Source: Felis catus (lineage: Eukaryota). From it: DNA of 64,000 nt. Positions 12,290-23,974 of the stretch are shown in pieces. The stretch covers positions 162,070,001 to 162,134,000 of the forward strand of contig NC_058368.1 in NCBI RefSeq assembly GCF_018350175.1. Direction: 5' to 3'. The notes beneath the pieces are model-generated. The model did no database searches and was not told the DNA's origin. It saw only the letters and a list, made by a program, of their open reading frames with translations. The stretch's first letter is position 1; every line of letters starts with the position of its first letter. A program made the position numbers and the translations under genes.

Positions 12290-13432
12290 TTTTTTCAAAT
12301 TTTTATTTAAATTCTAGTTAAACTATGTGTAATATTGATTTTAGGAGTAGAATTCAGTGACTCAGCACTTAAATACAACACCCAGTGCTTATCATTACAA
12401 GTATCCTCCTTAATATCCATCACCCATCTAGCCCATCCCCCATCTACCTCCCTCCATCAACCCTCAGTTAAGAGTCTCCTATGGTTTGTTTCCCTTTTTC
12501 TTTTTCTCCCCTCCCATATGTTTATCTATTTTGTTTCTTAAATTCCATATATAAGTGAAGTCATATGGTATTTGTCTGTTTCTGAGTGACTTATTTCGTT
12601 TAGCATAATATACTCTAGCTCCATCCACATATTTGCAAATGGCAAAATTTCATTATTTTTGATGGCTGGGTAATATTCCATTGTATATGATGGACATTAG
12701 GGCTCTTTCCATAATTTGGCTATTGTTGATAATACTGCTATAAACATTGGGGTGCATGTGTCCCTTTGAATCTGTATTAGTATATCCTTTGGGTAAATAC
12801 CTAGTAGTACAATTGCTGGGTCATAGGGTGGTTCTATTTTTAGCTTTGTGAGGAACCTCCATACTGTTTTCTAGGGTGGCTGCACCAGTTTGCATTCCCA
12901 CCAACTGTGTAAGAAGGTTCTTCTTTCTCCATATCCTCGCCCGTATCTGATGTTTCTTGTGTTGTTAATTTTAGCCATTCTGACTGGTGTGAGATAGTAT
13001 CTCGTTGTGATTTTGATTTGTATTCCCCTGATGATGAGTGATATTGAACATCTTTTCATGTGTCTGTTAGCCATCTGCATGACTTTTTTGGAAAAGTGTC
13101 TATTCATATATTCTTCCTATTTCTTAACTAGATTGTTTTTGGGTGCTGTTTTTGGGTTATTTATAGATTTTGGATGTTCATCCTTTATCAGATATGTCAT
13201 TAGCAAATATCTTTTCCCATTCCATAGGTTGCCTTTTAGTTTTGTTGATTGTTTCCTTTGCTGTGCAGAAACTTTTTATCTTGATAAAGTCTCAATAGTT
13301 CATTTTTGCTTTTGTTTCCTTTGCTTCTGGAGATGTGTCCAGTAAGAAGTTGCTGCTGTCAAGGTCAAAGATGTTGCTGCAGGTGTTGTCCTCTAGGATT
13401 TTAACGGTTTTTAGTCTCACATTTAGGTCTTT
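12290..13432 (-). mobile_element. 5'-truncated carnivore L1 (end of ORF2 plus 3'UTR)
   Basis: [42 protein letters not shown]-rich tail; TSD gaaatgctctttatatt (12273-12289) / gaaatgttctttatctt (13433-13449). Confidence 0.93.
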
Positions 13433-14189
13433 GAAATGTTCTTTATCTTGACTAAGGTGATGTTTATATGCCTGTATATATTTCCTAGTATATATGTTGA
13501 CCAACAATGGGGACCTATCCAAGAAAACGATATATTTTTAAAAATTAATATATTAAAGCTAAAAAAATAATACAAATGCAGATCATCTCGCTAGCTCTGA
13601 TAGCAAGAATCACGCTAAAATTTCTCCAGTTCTATTTAAACTCTCTCAAAGGAATGCATACAGCAAAATTTGGGAGAAAGTACCTCCCCACAGGAGAACA
13701 TAGTGAGGCAGAAATGGCTGAATCACTTTGCCACAAGTGAAGGAGGGACTGCATCTTTGGTATATTTTTGTGTATTTTGATATATAGTAACTTTTTTTTC
13801 TACTTTAACTTTGGATACATTTTTCCACCCAATTTATTCTGTTCTTTCCTTTTCTTCTCCATTCTGCATCCACTTAAACCCAGAAATTTCTAGTGACAGA
13901 AATCAAAGTATATATTTTATGATGTAGCATTCTTTTTTTCTTATTTTTTTGATGTAGCATTTTTAGCAAATATAAAGAAGACAAACCACAAGGAAAGTAT
14001 AAAAAGAGCAGCACAAAATTCCCAAGGGTTAAGTCTGGAATCAAGCTTTAAAGACTTTCAAGGGAATTTCTGAATAAAAGAATATTTGGTAAATATATGG
14101 TAAAAATGAAAGGAGTAAGAAGTGGAAAAGCATTAATTCATTTCTTCATTGGTAATTCTCTGTTAAAACTGTATATTTAAAACGTGTGC

Positions 14190-14312
14190 TCACTTGTTGT
14201 TATGAACACTGGGTGTCATACGTAAGTGATGAATCACTCAATTCTACTCCTGAAAACAAAATTGCACTGTATGTTCACTAACTAAAATTCAAATTTTACA
14301 GATGAAAGAAAG
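14190..14312 (+). mobile_element. Very short carnivore L1 3' terminus
   Basis: cacttgttgttatgaacactgggtgtcatacgtaagtgatgaatcactcaattctactcctgaaa, the reverse complement of the 3' end at ~12300-12400; TSD aaaacgtgtgc / aaaatgtgtgc. Confidence 0.85.
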
Positions 14313-14706
14313 AAAATGTGTGCCCCTAAAGTCAACAAAATATAGAAGTCCTAGAAAAAATAAATAGTATAACTACCTCTAGAGAAAGAATCACATTGTC
14401 ACTCCTCCATTACATATCTGGTACATAACACGTGGTTGACAATGTTTGTTGAACTTTACTATATCCAATTATTGCTTGTGTCCATGAGATTTAATCATCA
14501 ATAGCATCATCAAAACCATTATTTATTGGGCACTTAAAGATCTAAGATACTGATTTTCAAACTGTGTAAAGTATCCTCAGTTTCTACAGACAGACTCAGA
14601 GACATTGTAAGGGAAAAAGAGGCCGCTCAGGCTCCAAAGCTCTTTCTTCAGGTTTTGTGTGGCTAGAAGAGCTGCCTTTGAATGTTTGTAAACCATGACT
14701 ATAGAA

Positions 14707-14727
14707 AAGGGATCAATAAACTGCCTT
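14707..14727 (+). mobile_element. Left terminus of a MER58A-like hAT-Charlie element split by the L1 nest
   Basis: aagggatcaataaact resembles the MER58A start CAGGGGTCGGCAAACT; the remainder is at 29160-29344. Confidence 0.55.
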
Positions 14728-15888
14728 CTTTTTTAAAGTTTTTATTTTATTTCCAGGTAGTTAACATACAGTGTTATATTAGTTTCAGGTATACAGTATA
14801 GTGATTTAACAATTCCATACATCACCCGATGCTCATTACAAATGCCTTCCTTAATCCCCATCACCTATTTCCCCCATCCTCCCACCCACTTCTTTTCTGG
14901 TAACCATCAGTTTGTTCTCTATAGTGAAGAGTATGTTGCTTGATTTATCTCTTTTTTTCACTTTACTCATTTGTTTCTTAAATTGCACATATGAGTGAAA
15001 TCATATGGTATTTGTCTTTCTTTGACTTATTTCTCTTAGCATTATACTATCTAGATCCATCCATGCTGTTGCAAGTGGCCAGATTTTATTCTTTTTTATG
15101 GCTGAATAATATTCCATTGTATATATATACCACCTCTTCTTCATCCGTTCATCAGTCGATAGACACTTGGCCTACTTCCATCGCTTGGCTATTGTAAATA
15201 ATGCTACTATAAACATAGCAGTGCATGTATTGTTGTACATTAGTTTTGTATTATTTGGGTTAATAGGTATTAGTCTGATTGCTGGATCCTAGGGTAGTTC
15301 TATTTTTAAGTTTGTGAGGAACCACAATACTGTTCCACAATAGCTGTATCAGTTTGCATTCCCAAAAATAGTGCAAGAGGTTTCCTTTTTCTCCATATAG
15401 TCTCCAACACCTGTTGTTTCTTGTGTTGTTAATTTTAGTCATTCTGAAAGATGTGAGGTGATAGTTTATTGTAGCTTTGATTTGCATTTTCCTGATGGTA
15501 ATTGATGATGAACATCTTTCTGTGTGTCTATTGTCCGACAGTATGTCTTTTTTTGGAGAAATGTCTATTCATAACTTCTGCCCATTTTTAATTGGATTAT
15601 TTGCTTTTTGGATGCTGAGTTCTATAAGTTTGTTACAGACTTTGGATACTAACCTTTTATAATTTGCAACTATTTTCTCCCATTATGTAGGTTGGTTTTT
15701 AGTTTTATTGATTGTTTCCTTTGCTATGCAGAAGATTTCTGTTTTGATTTAGTCCCAGTAGTTTACTTTTGCTTTTATTTTCCTTGCCTCAGGAGACCTA
15801 ACTAGAAAAAAGGATGCTTCAGTTGATGTCAAAGAAGCTACTACCTGTGTTATTTTCTAGAATTTTGATGGTTTCCTGTTCACATTTA

Positions 15889-16100
15889 TTTTTTTAACGT
15901 TTATTTATTTTTGAGACAGAGAGAGACAGAGCATGAACAGGGGAGGGTCAGAGAGAGAGAGAGAGAGACAAGATTGGAAACAGGCTCCAGGCTCTGAGCT
16001 GTCAGCACAGAGCCTGACGCGGGGCTTGAACTCACGGACCATGAGATCATGACCTGAGCCGAAGTCGGACGCTTAACCGACTGAGCCACCCAGGCGTCCC
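15889..16100 (-). mobile_element. Can-SINE (SINEC_Fc) in outer L1
   Basis: Near-consensus body; TSD tcctgttcacattta / tcctgtctcacattta. Confidence 0.96.
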
Positions 16101-17606
16101 TCCTGTCTCACATTTAGGTCTTTAATTCATTTTGAATTTATTTTTGTGTATGCTGTAAGGGAGTGTCCAGTTTCATTATTTTGCATGTTGCTGTCCAATT
16201 TTCCCAGCACCATTTGTTGAACAGACTCAAATTTTCACATTAGATGTTCTTTACTGCTTTTTAGAATATTAACTGACTATATAGTTCTAGGTTTATTTCT
16301 GGGTTTTCTGTTGTGTTCCTCTGATCTGTGTGTCTATTTTTGTGGCAGGATCTTACTGTTTTGATTGCTACAGCTTTATAATATAACTTGAAGTCTGGAA
16401 TTGTGATGCCTTCAGTTTTGCTTTTCTCTTTCAAGGTTACTTTAGCTATTCAGTGTCTTTTGTGATTCCATACAAATTTTAGGATTGTTTATTCTAGCTC
16501 TGAAAAATGCTGATGGTATTTTGATAAGGGTTGCATTAAATGTGTAGATTGCTTTTGGTAGTATAGACATTTTAACAATATTTGTTCTTCCAGTCCATGA
16601 GCATGGAATGTCTTTCCATTTCTTTGTGTTGTCTTCTATTTCTTTCATCAGTGTTTTATAGTTTTCAGAGTACCAATCTTTCACCTCTTTGGTAAGGTTT
16701 ATTCTTAGGTATCTTACCATTTTTGTTGCAATTGTAAATGGGATTATTTTCCTATTTCTCTTTCTGCTGCTTCATTAGTGATGTATAGAAATGCAACAGA
16801 TTTCTGTACATTGATTTAGTATCCTGCGACTTGACTGAACTTATTCTAGCATTTTTTTGGTGGAGCCGTTTGGTTTTTTATAAATAATATTATGTCATCT
16901 GCAAATAAGAAAGTTTTACTTGTTCCTTACTGATTTGGTTGTCTCTTACTTCTCTTTGCTTTATGATTGCTGTAGCTCAGACTTCCAGTACTATGTTAAA
17001 TAGAATTGGTGGGAGTGGACATCCCTGTCTTATTCCTGACTGTAGGGATAAATTTCTGTTTTTCCCCACTGAGTATGATGTCAGCTGTGAGTTTTTCATA
17101 TATGGCCTTTACTATGATGAGGTAAGTTCCCTCTAAGCCTATTCAGTTGAGGGTTTTTATCATGAATGCAGGCTGTAGTTTGTGAAATGCTTTTTCTGCA
17201 TCTATTGAAATGATCACATGGTTCTTATCCCGTCTCTTATTGATGTAATGTATCATGTTGATTGATCTGCGAATATTGAACTAACTTGCAACCCAGGAAT
17301 AAATCCCATTTGATTGTGGTGGATGATTTTTTAAAATGTATTATTGAATTCAGTTTGCTATTATTTTTTGAGGATTTTTACATCCATGTTCATCAGAGAT
17401 TTTGGCCTGTAGTTCTCTTTTTTAGTTCTGTTTTTATCTGGCTATGATATCAGGGTAATTAATGCTGGCCTCATTTAATAAATTTGGATATTTTTCTTCC
17501 TTTTCTATTTTTTTTTGGAAAAGTTTAAGAACGAGAACTCTTATTTAAATGTTTGGTAGAATTCACCTGTGAAGCCATCTGGTCCTGGCCTATTGATTAC
17601 TAGAGT

Positions 17607-17640
17607 TTTGTTTTGTTTTGTTTTGTTTTGTTTTGTTTTT
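17607..17640. repeat. (TTTTG)n repeat
   Basis: Direct read. Confidence 0.9.
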
Positions 17641-17704
17641 GATTAAATTTATTTGCTGGTTATCAGTCTGTGCAGTTTTTTTATATCTTCCTGTTTCAGT
17701 TTCT

Positions 17705-17924
17705 ATTTTTAATTTTTTTCATGTTTATATCTGAGAGAGAGAGACAGAAAGATACAGTGTGCAAGTGTGGTAGGAACAGAGAGAGATGGAGACAGAATCA
17801 GAAGCAAGATCCAGGTTCTGAGCTGTTAGCACAGAGCCCGATGTTGGGCTCAAAACCACCAGCAGTGATATCATGACCTGAGCCAAAGTCAGATGCTAAA
17901 CTGACTGAGCCTCCCAGATGCCCC
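17705..17924 (-). mobile_element. Can-SINE, first of a tandem pair
   Basis: TSD cctgtttcagtttct on both sides. Confidence 0.93.
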
Positions 17925-17938
17925 CTGTTTCAGTTTCT

Positions 17939-18118
17939 TAAAGGTTATTTATTTATTTTGAGAGAGAGAGCAGGGGAAGGGCAGAGAAAGGGGGAGAGAG
18001 AATCTGTGCACTGTCAGCGCAGAGTGTAACGCTTGGCTCAATATCACAAATCGTGAGACAATGACCTGAGCTGAGATCAACAGTTGGATGCTTAATCGAC
18101 TGAGCCACTCAGGTGCCC
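17939..18118 (-). mobile_element. Can-SINE, second of a tandem pair
   Basis: Followed by tatatttcttcctgtttcatttct, matching 17682-17704. Confidence 0.92.
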
Positions 18119-21100
18119 TATATTTCTTCCTGTTTCATTTCTTCATATTTCTACATATTTTGATAGTTGCTATGTGTCTAGGAATTTATCCATTTACTCT
18201 AGGTTATCCAACTTGTTGGCATAATTTTTCATAATATTTTCTTATAATTGTTTGTATGTCTACGGTGTTGCTTATTATTTCTCCTCTCTCATTTGTGATT
18301 TTATTAATTTGAATTCTTTCTATTTTTTTCTTGATAAGTGTGGCAAGAGGTTTATAAATTTTATTCATTTTTTTCAAAGAACCAGTTCCTGGTTTCATTG
18401 ATCTGTTCTATGGTAGTGGTTGTCATCATTGTTGTTGTTGTTGTTAGTTTCTATATCATTTATTTCTACTCTAGTCTTTATTAATTTCTTCCTTCTGATG
18501 GTTGAAAACTTTATTGTTCTTTTTCTAGCTTCTATAGGGGTAAGTTTAGGTTGTGTACTTGAGAATTTTATTGCTTCTTAATTTAGGTCTATATCGCTAT
18601 GAACTTCCCTCTTAGAACCACTTTTGCTGCATCCCAAAGGTTTTCAACTGTTGTATTTTCATTTGTTCCTATTTAATTTTATTTATTTTTTTTATTTTAT
18701 GCTTAATCCATTCATTGTTCAGTAGCATGTTACTTAACATCTCTGTATTTGTGGTCTTTCTAAGTTTTTTCTTTATGGTTGACTTCTAGTTTCATTGTGG
18801 TCAGAAAAGATGCATGGTATGGCTTCAATCTTATTAAATTTGTTGAGGCTTGTTTTGTGGGCTAATATGTAGTCTCATCGGGAGAATGTTCTGGGAACAC
18901 CAGAAAAGAATGTGTATTTTTATTTTTAGGATGGAATTTTCTGAGTATATCTGTTAAGTCCATTTGGCCCAGTATTCACTCAAAGCCATTATTTCCTTGT
19001 TGATTTTCTGTTTAGTTGATCTTCCCTTTGATCTAAGTGGGACATTAAAGTCCCCTACTGTTATTGTATTATTATCAATGTGTTCCTTTATGTTTGTTAT
19101 TAACTGTTTTTTAATATAATTTATTGTCAAATTCATTTCCATACAACATCCAGTGCTCATCCCAACAAGTGCCCTCCTCAATGCCCATCACTCACTTTCT
19201 GCTCTCCCCCGCCCCCATCAACCTTCAGTTTGTTCTCAGTATTTAAGAGTCTCTTATGATTTGCCTCCCTCCCTCTCTGTAACTTTTTTTCCTCTTTTCC
19301 TGCCTCATGATCTTCTGTTAAATTTTTCAAGATACACATATCTTGTGTGAAAACACATGGTATCCGTCTTTCTCTGACTTATTTCACTTAGCATAAAATC
19401 TTCCAGTTCCATCCAAGTTGCTCCAAGTGGCCAGATTTCATTCTTTCTCATTGCCACGTAGTATTCCATTGTATATATAAACCAATCTTCTTTATCCATT
19501 GGTCAGTTGATGGACATTTAGGCTCTTTCCATAATTTGGCTTTTGTTGAAAGTGCTGCTATAAACATTGGGGTACATGTGTCCCTATGTATCAGCACTCC
19601 TGTATCCTTTGGGTAAATTCCTAGCAGTGCTATTGCTGGGTCAGAGGGTAGTTCTATTTTTAATTTTTTAAGGAATCTCCACACTGTTTTCCAGAGCAGC
19701 TATACCAGTTTGCATTCCCACCAACAATGCAAGAGGGTTCCCGTTTCTCCACATCCTTGCCAGCATCGATAGTCTCCTGATTTGTTCATTTTAGCCACTT
19801 TGACATGGATAAGGTGATGTCTCAGTGTGGTTTTGTTTTGTATTTCCCTGATGATGAGTGACGTTGAGCATCTTTTCATGTGCCTGTTGGCCATCTGAAT
19901 GTCTTCTTTGGAAAAATATCTATTCATGTCTTCTGCCCATTTCTTCACTGGATTATTTGTTTTTCAGGTGTGGAGTTTGGTGAGTTCTTTATAGATTTTG
20001 GATAGTAGCCCTTTATCCAATATGTAATTTGCAAATATGTTTTCCCATTCCGTAGGTTGCCTTTTAGTTTTATTGTTTCCTTTGCAGTGCAGCAGCTTTT
20101 TATCTTGATGAGGTCCCAAAAGTTCATTTTTTCTTTGAATTCCCTTGCCTTTAGAGATGTGTCCAGTAGGACATTCTTGTAGCTGAGGTCAGAGAGGTTT
20201 TTTCCTGCTTTCTCCTCTAAGGTTTTGATGATTTCCTGTCTCACATTCAGGTCCCTCATCCATTTTGAGTTTATTTTTGTGTGTGGTGTAAAAGAGTGTC
20301 TAGTTTCATTCTTCTGCATGTTGCTGTCCAGTTCTCCCAGCACCATTTGCTAAAGAGACTGTATTTTTTCCATTGGATACTCTTTCCTGCTTTGTCAAAG
20401 GTTAGTTGGCCATACATTTGTGGGTCCAATTCTGAAGTCTTTATTCTATTCCATTGGTCATGTGTCTGTTTTTGTGCCAATACCATACTTTCTTGATGAC
20501 TACAGATCTGTAGTAGACGTTAGAGTCTGGGATTGTGATGCCTCCCACTTTCATTTTCTTCTTCAATATTACTTTGGCTATTTGGGGTCTTTTGTGGTTC
20601 CCTACAAATTTTATGATTGCTTGTTCTAGCTTCGAAAAGAATGCTGGTGCAATTTTGATTGGGATTTCATTGAATGTGTAGATAGCTTTGTGTAGTATTG
20701 ACATTTTAACAATACTTATTCTTCCAATCCATGAGAATGGAATGTTTTTCCACTTCTTTGTGTCTTCTTCAATTTCCTTCATAAGCTTTCTATAGTTTTC
20801 AGCATACAGATATTTTACATCTTTGATTAGGTTTATTCCTAGGTATTTTATGTTTCCTGCTGCAATTGTGAATGGGATCAGTTTATTTATTTCTCTTTCT
20901 GTTGCTTCATTATTGGTGTATAAAAGAGCAACCAATTTTTGTACATTAATTTTTTACCCTGCGACTTTGCTGAATTCGTGTATCAGTTCTAGCAGCCTCT
21001 TGGTGGAGTCTTTTGGGTCTTCCAGGTAGAGTATCATGTGGTCTGGGAAAATTGATACTTTGACTTCATGCTTTTCAATTTTGATGCCTTTTATTTCATT

Positions 21101-21564
21101 TTGTTGTCTGATTGCTGATGCTAGGTCTTCCAACACTATGATAAACAAGAGTGGTAAGAGTGGACATCCCTGTCATGTTCCTGATCTCAGGGGAAAGCTC
21201 TCAGTTTTTTCCTATTGAGAATGATATTAGCTGTGGGCTTTTTATAAATGGCTTTTAGGATGTTTAAGTATGTTCCTTCTATCCTGACTTTCTTGAGGGT
21301 TTTTATTAAGAAAGAATGCTGTATTTTGTCAAATGCTTTTTCTACATCTATTGACAGGATCATATAGTTCTTATATTTTCTTTTATTAATGTGATGTATC
21401 ACATTGATTGACTTGTGAATATTGAACCAGCCCTGCATCCCCGGAATGAATCTCACTTGATCATGGTGAATAATTATTTTTATATGCTGTTGAATTCGAT
21501 TTGCTAGTATCTTGTTGAGAATTTTTGCATCCATATTCATCAGGGATATTCGCCTGTAATTCCC

Positions 21565-21595
<31 letters not shown>

Positions 21596-21727
21596 GGTCT
21601 CTGTCTGGTTTAGGAATCAAAGTAATGCTGGCTTCATAGAATGAGTTTGGAAGTTTTCCTTCCCTTTCTATTTTTTGTAACAGCTTGAGAAGGATAGGTA
21701 TGAACACTGCTTTAAATGTGTGGTAGA

Positions 21728-21940
21728 GGGACGCCTGGGTGGCGCAGTCGGTTAAGCGTCCGACTTCAGCCAGGTCACGATCTCGCGGTCCGTGAGTTTG
21801 AGCCCGGCGTCGGGCTCTGGGCTGATGGCTCAGAGCCTGGAGCCTGTTTCCAATTCTGTGTCTCCCTCTCTCTCTGACCCTCCCCGGTTCATGCTTTGTC
21901 TCTCTCTGTCCCAAAAATAAATAAACATTGAAAAAAAAAA
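21728..21940 (+). mobile_element. Young SINEC_Fc in inner L1 ORF2
   Basis: CpG-rich body; perfect TSD ttaaatgtgtggtaga (21712-21727, 21941-21956). Confidence 0.97.
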
Positions 21941-23148
21941 TTAAATGTGTGGTAGAATTCCCCAGGGAAGCCATCCAGTCCAGGACTCATTTCTTGGGAG
22001 ACTTTTGATAGCTGATTCAATTTCTTCACTAGTTCTTGGTCTGTTCCAATGTTCTAAATCTTCCCGTTTGAGTTTTGGTAGTGTGTGGGTGTTTAGGAAT
22101 TTGTTCATTTCTTCCAGGTAGTTCAGTTTGTTGGCATATAATTTTTTATAGTATTCCCTGATAATTGCTTGTATGTCTCAGGGATATGTTGTAATAAATC
22201 CATTTGCATTCATGATTTTTTCTATTTGGTCCTCTCTCTTCTTTTTGAGAGGCCTGGCTAGAGGTTTATCAATTTTGTTTATTTTTTCAAAAAAAAAAAA
22301 AAAACCTCTTGGTTTCATTGATCTGTTCTACTGGGTTTTTTTGGATTCTATATTGTTTATTTCTGCTCTGATCTTTATTATTTTTTTCTTCTGCAGGGTT
22401 TAGGGTGTCTTTTCTGTTCTTCCATTCCTTTAGGTGTGATATTAGATTTTGTATTTTGTATTTTTCTTGTTTCTTGAGATAGGCCTAGATTGCAATGTAT
22501 TTTCCTCTTAGGACTGCCTTTGCTATATCCCAAAGGGTTTGACTTCTTGTATTTTCATTTTCATTTGTTTTCATATATTTTTTTACATTTCTTCTGTAAT
22601 TGCCTGGTTGACCCATTCATTCTTTAGTAGGATGTTCTTTAACCTCCATGCTTTTGGAGGTTTGCCAGACTTCTTCCTGTGGTTGATTTCACGTTAATAG
22701 CATTGTGATCTGAAAGTGTGCATGGTATGATCTCAATTATTTTATACTTATTAAGGGCTGTTTTGTGACACAATATATGATCTATCTTGAAGAATGTTGC
22801 ATGAGCATTCGAGAAGAAAGTATATTCTGTTGCTTTGGGATGCAGAGTTCTAAATATATCTGTCAAGCCCATCTGATCCAATGTCTCATTCATGGACCTT
22901 GATTATTTATTAATCCTGTGTCTAGATGATCTATCCATTGTTATAAGTGGGGTATTAAAGTCCCCTGCAATTACCACATTCTTATCAATAAGGTTGCTTA
23001 TGTTTGTGATTGTTTTACATATTTGGGGGCTCCTGTATTTGGCGCATAGACGTTTATAATTGTAGGTTCTTCCTCATGGATAGACCCTGTAATTATTATA
23101 TAATGCCCTACTTCATCTCGTTATAGCCTTTAAAGTCTCGTTTGTCTT

Positions 23149-23346
23149 AGGGTGCGTGGGTGGTTCAGTTGTTTGAGTGGCCCACTTCAGCTTGGGTCAT
23201 GATCTCAGCTCCTGTGTTCAAGCCCCACATCAGGCTCTGTGCTGACAGCTTGGAGCCTGGATCCTGCTTCAGATCTGTGTCTCCCTCTCTCTCTGCCCCT
23301 AACCCACACACATTCTGTCTCTGTCTCTCTCAAAAGTAAATAAACA

Positions 23347-23386
<40 letters not shown>

Positions 23387-23400
23387 ACGAATGAACAAAC
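23149..23400 (+). mobile_element. Can-SINE with (TAAA)n tail in inner L1 endonuclease region
   Basis: TSD-like aaagtctcgtttgtct / aatctctagtttgtct. Confidence 0.94.
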
Positions 23401-23759
23401 AATCTCTAGTTTGTCTGATATAAGTATGGCTACTCCAGCTTTCTTTTGACTTCCTGTAGCATGATGGATAGTTCTCCATCCTCTCACTTTCAATCTGATG
23501 CTGTACTCAGGTCTAAAATGAGTCTCTTGTAGACACCAAATAGACGGGTCTTGTTTTTTTTATCCATTCTGATACCCTATGTCTTTTGATTGGAGCATTT
23601 ATTCCATTTGTGTTCAGTGATGTTATTGAAAGATATGGGTTTAGAGTCATTGTGATGTCTGTAGGTTTCATGCTTGTAGTGATGTCTCTGGTACTTTGTG
23701 GTCCTTGCAACATTTCCCTCACAGAATCCCCCTTAGGATCTCTTGTAGGGCTGGTTTAA

Positions 23760-23974
23760 AATTTTTTTTAACGTTTTATTTATTTTTGAGACAGAGAGAG
23801 ACAGAGCATGAATGGGGGAGGGGCAGAGAGAGAGGGAGACACAGAATCAGAAGCAGGCTCCAAGCTCTGTGCCATCAGCCCAGAGCCCGATGCGGGGCTC
23901 GAACTCACAGACTGCGAGATCGTGACCTGAGCTGAAGTCGGGTGCTCAACCGACAGAGCCACCCAGGCGCCCCA
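23760..23974 (-). mobile_element. SINEC_Fc in inner L1 ORF1 end
   Basis: Perfect TSD ttgtagggctggtttaa (23743-23759, 23975-23991). Confidence 0.97.

Larger units (their letters stand above)
14728..19110 (-). mobile_element. Older carnivore L1 (outer element), 3'UTR and most of ORF2, disrupted
   Basis: ORF2 peptides [41 protein letters not shown] motif FADD at 16894-16905, endonuclease TITVGDFNVPL; many stops and frameshifts. Confidence 0.95.

Noticed and set aside
21540..21974. 144-aa ORF with a poly-lysine run
   Set aside because: Chance in-frame read-through of an antisense SINE in L1 ORF2 plus an expanded poly(T).
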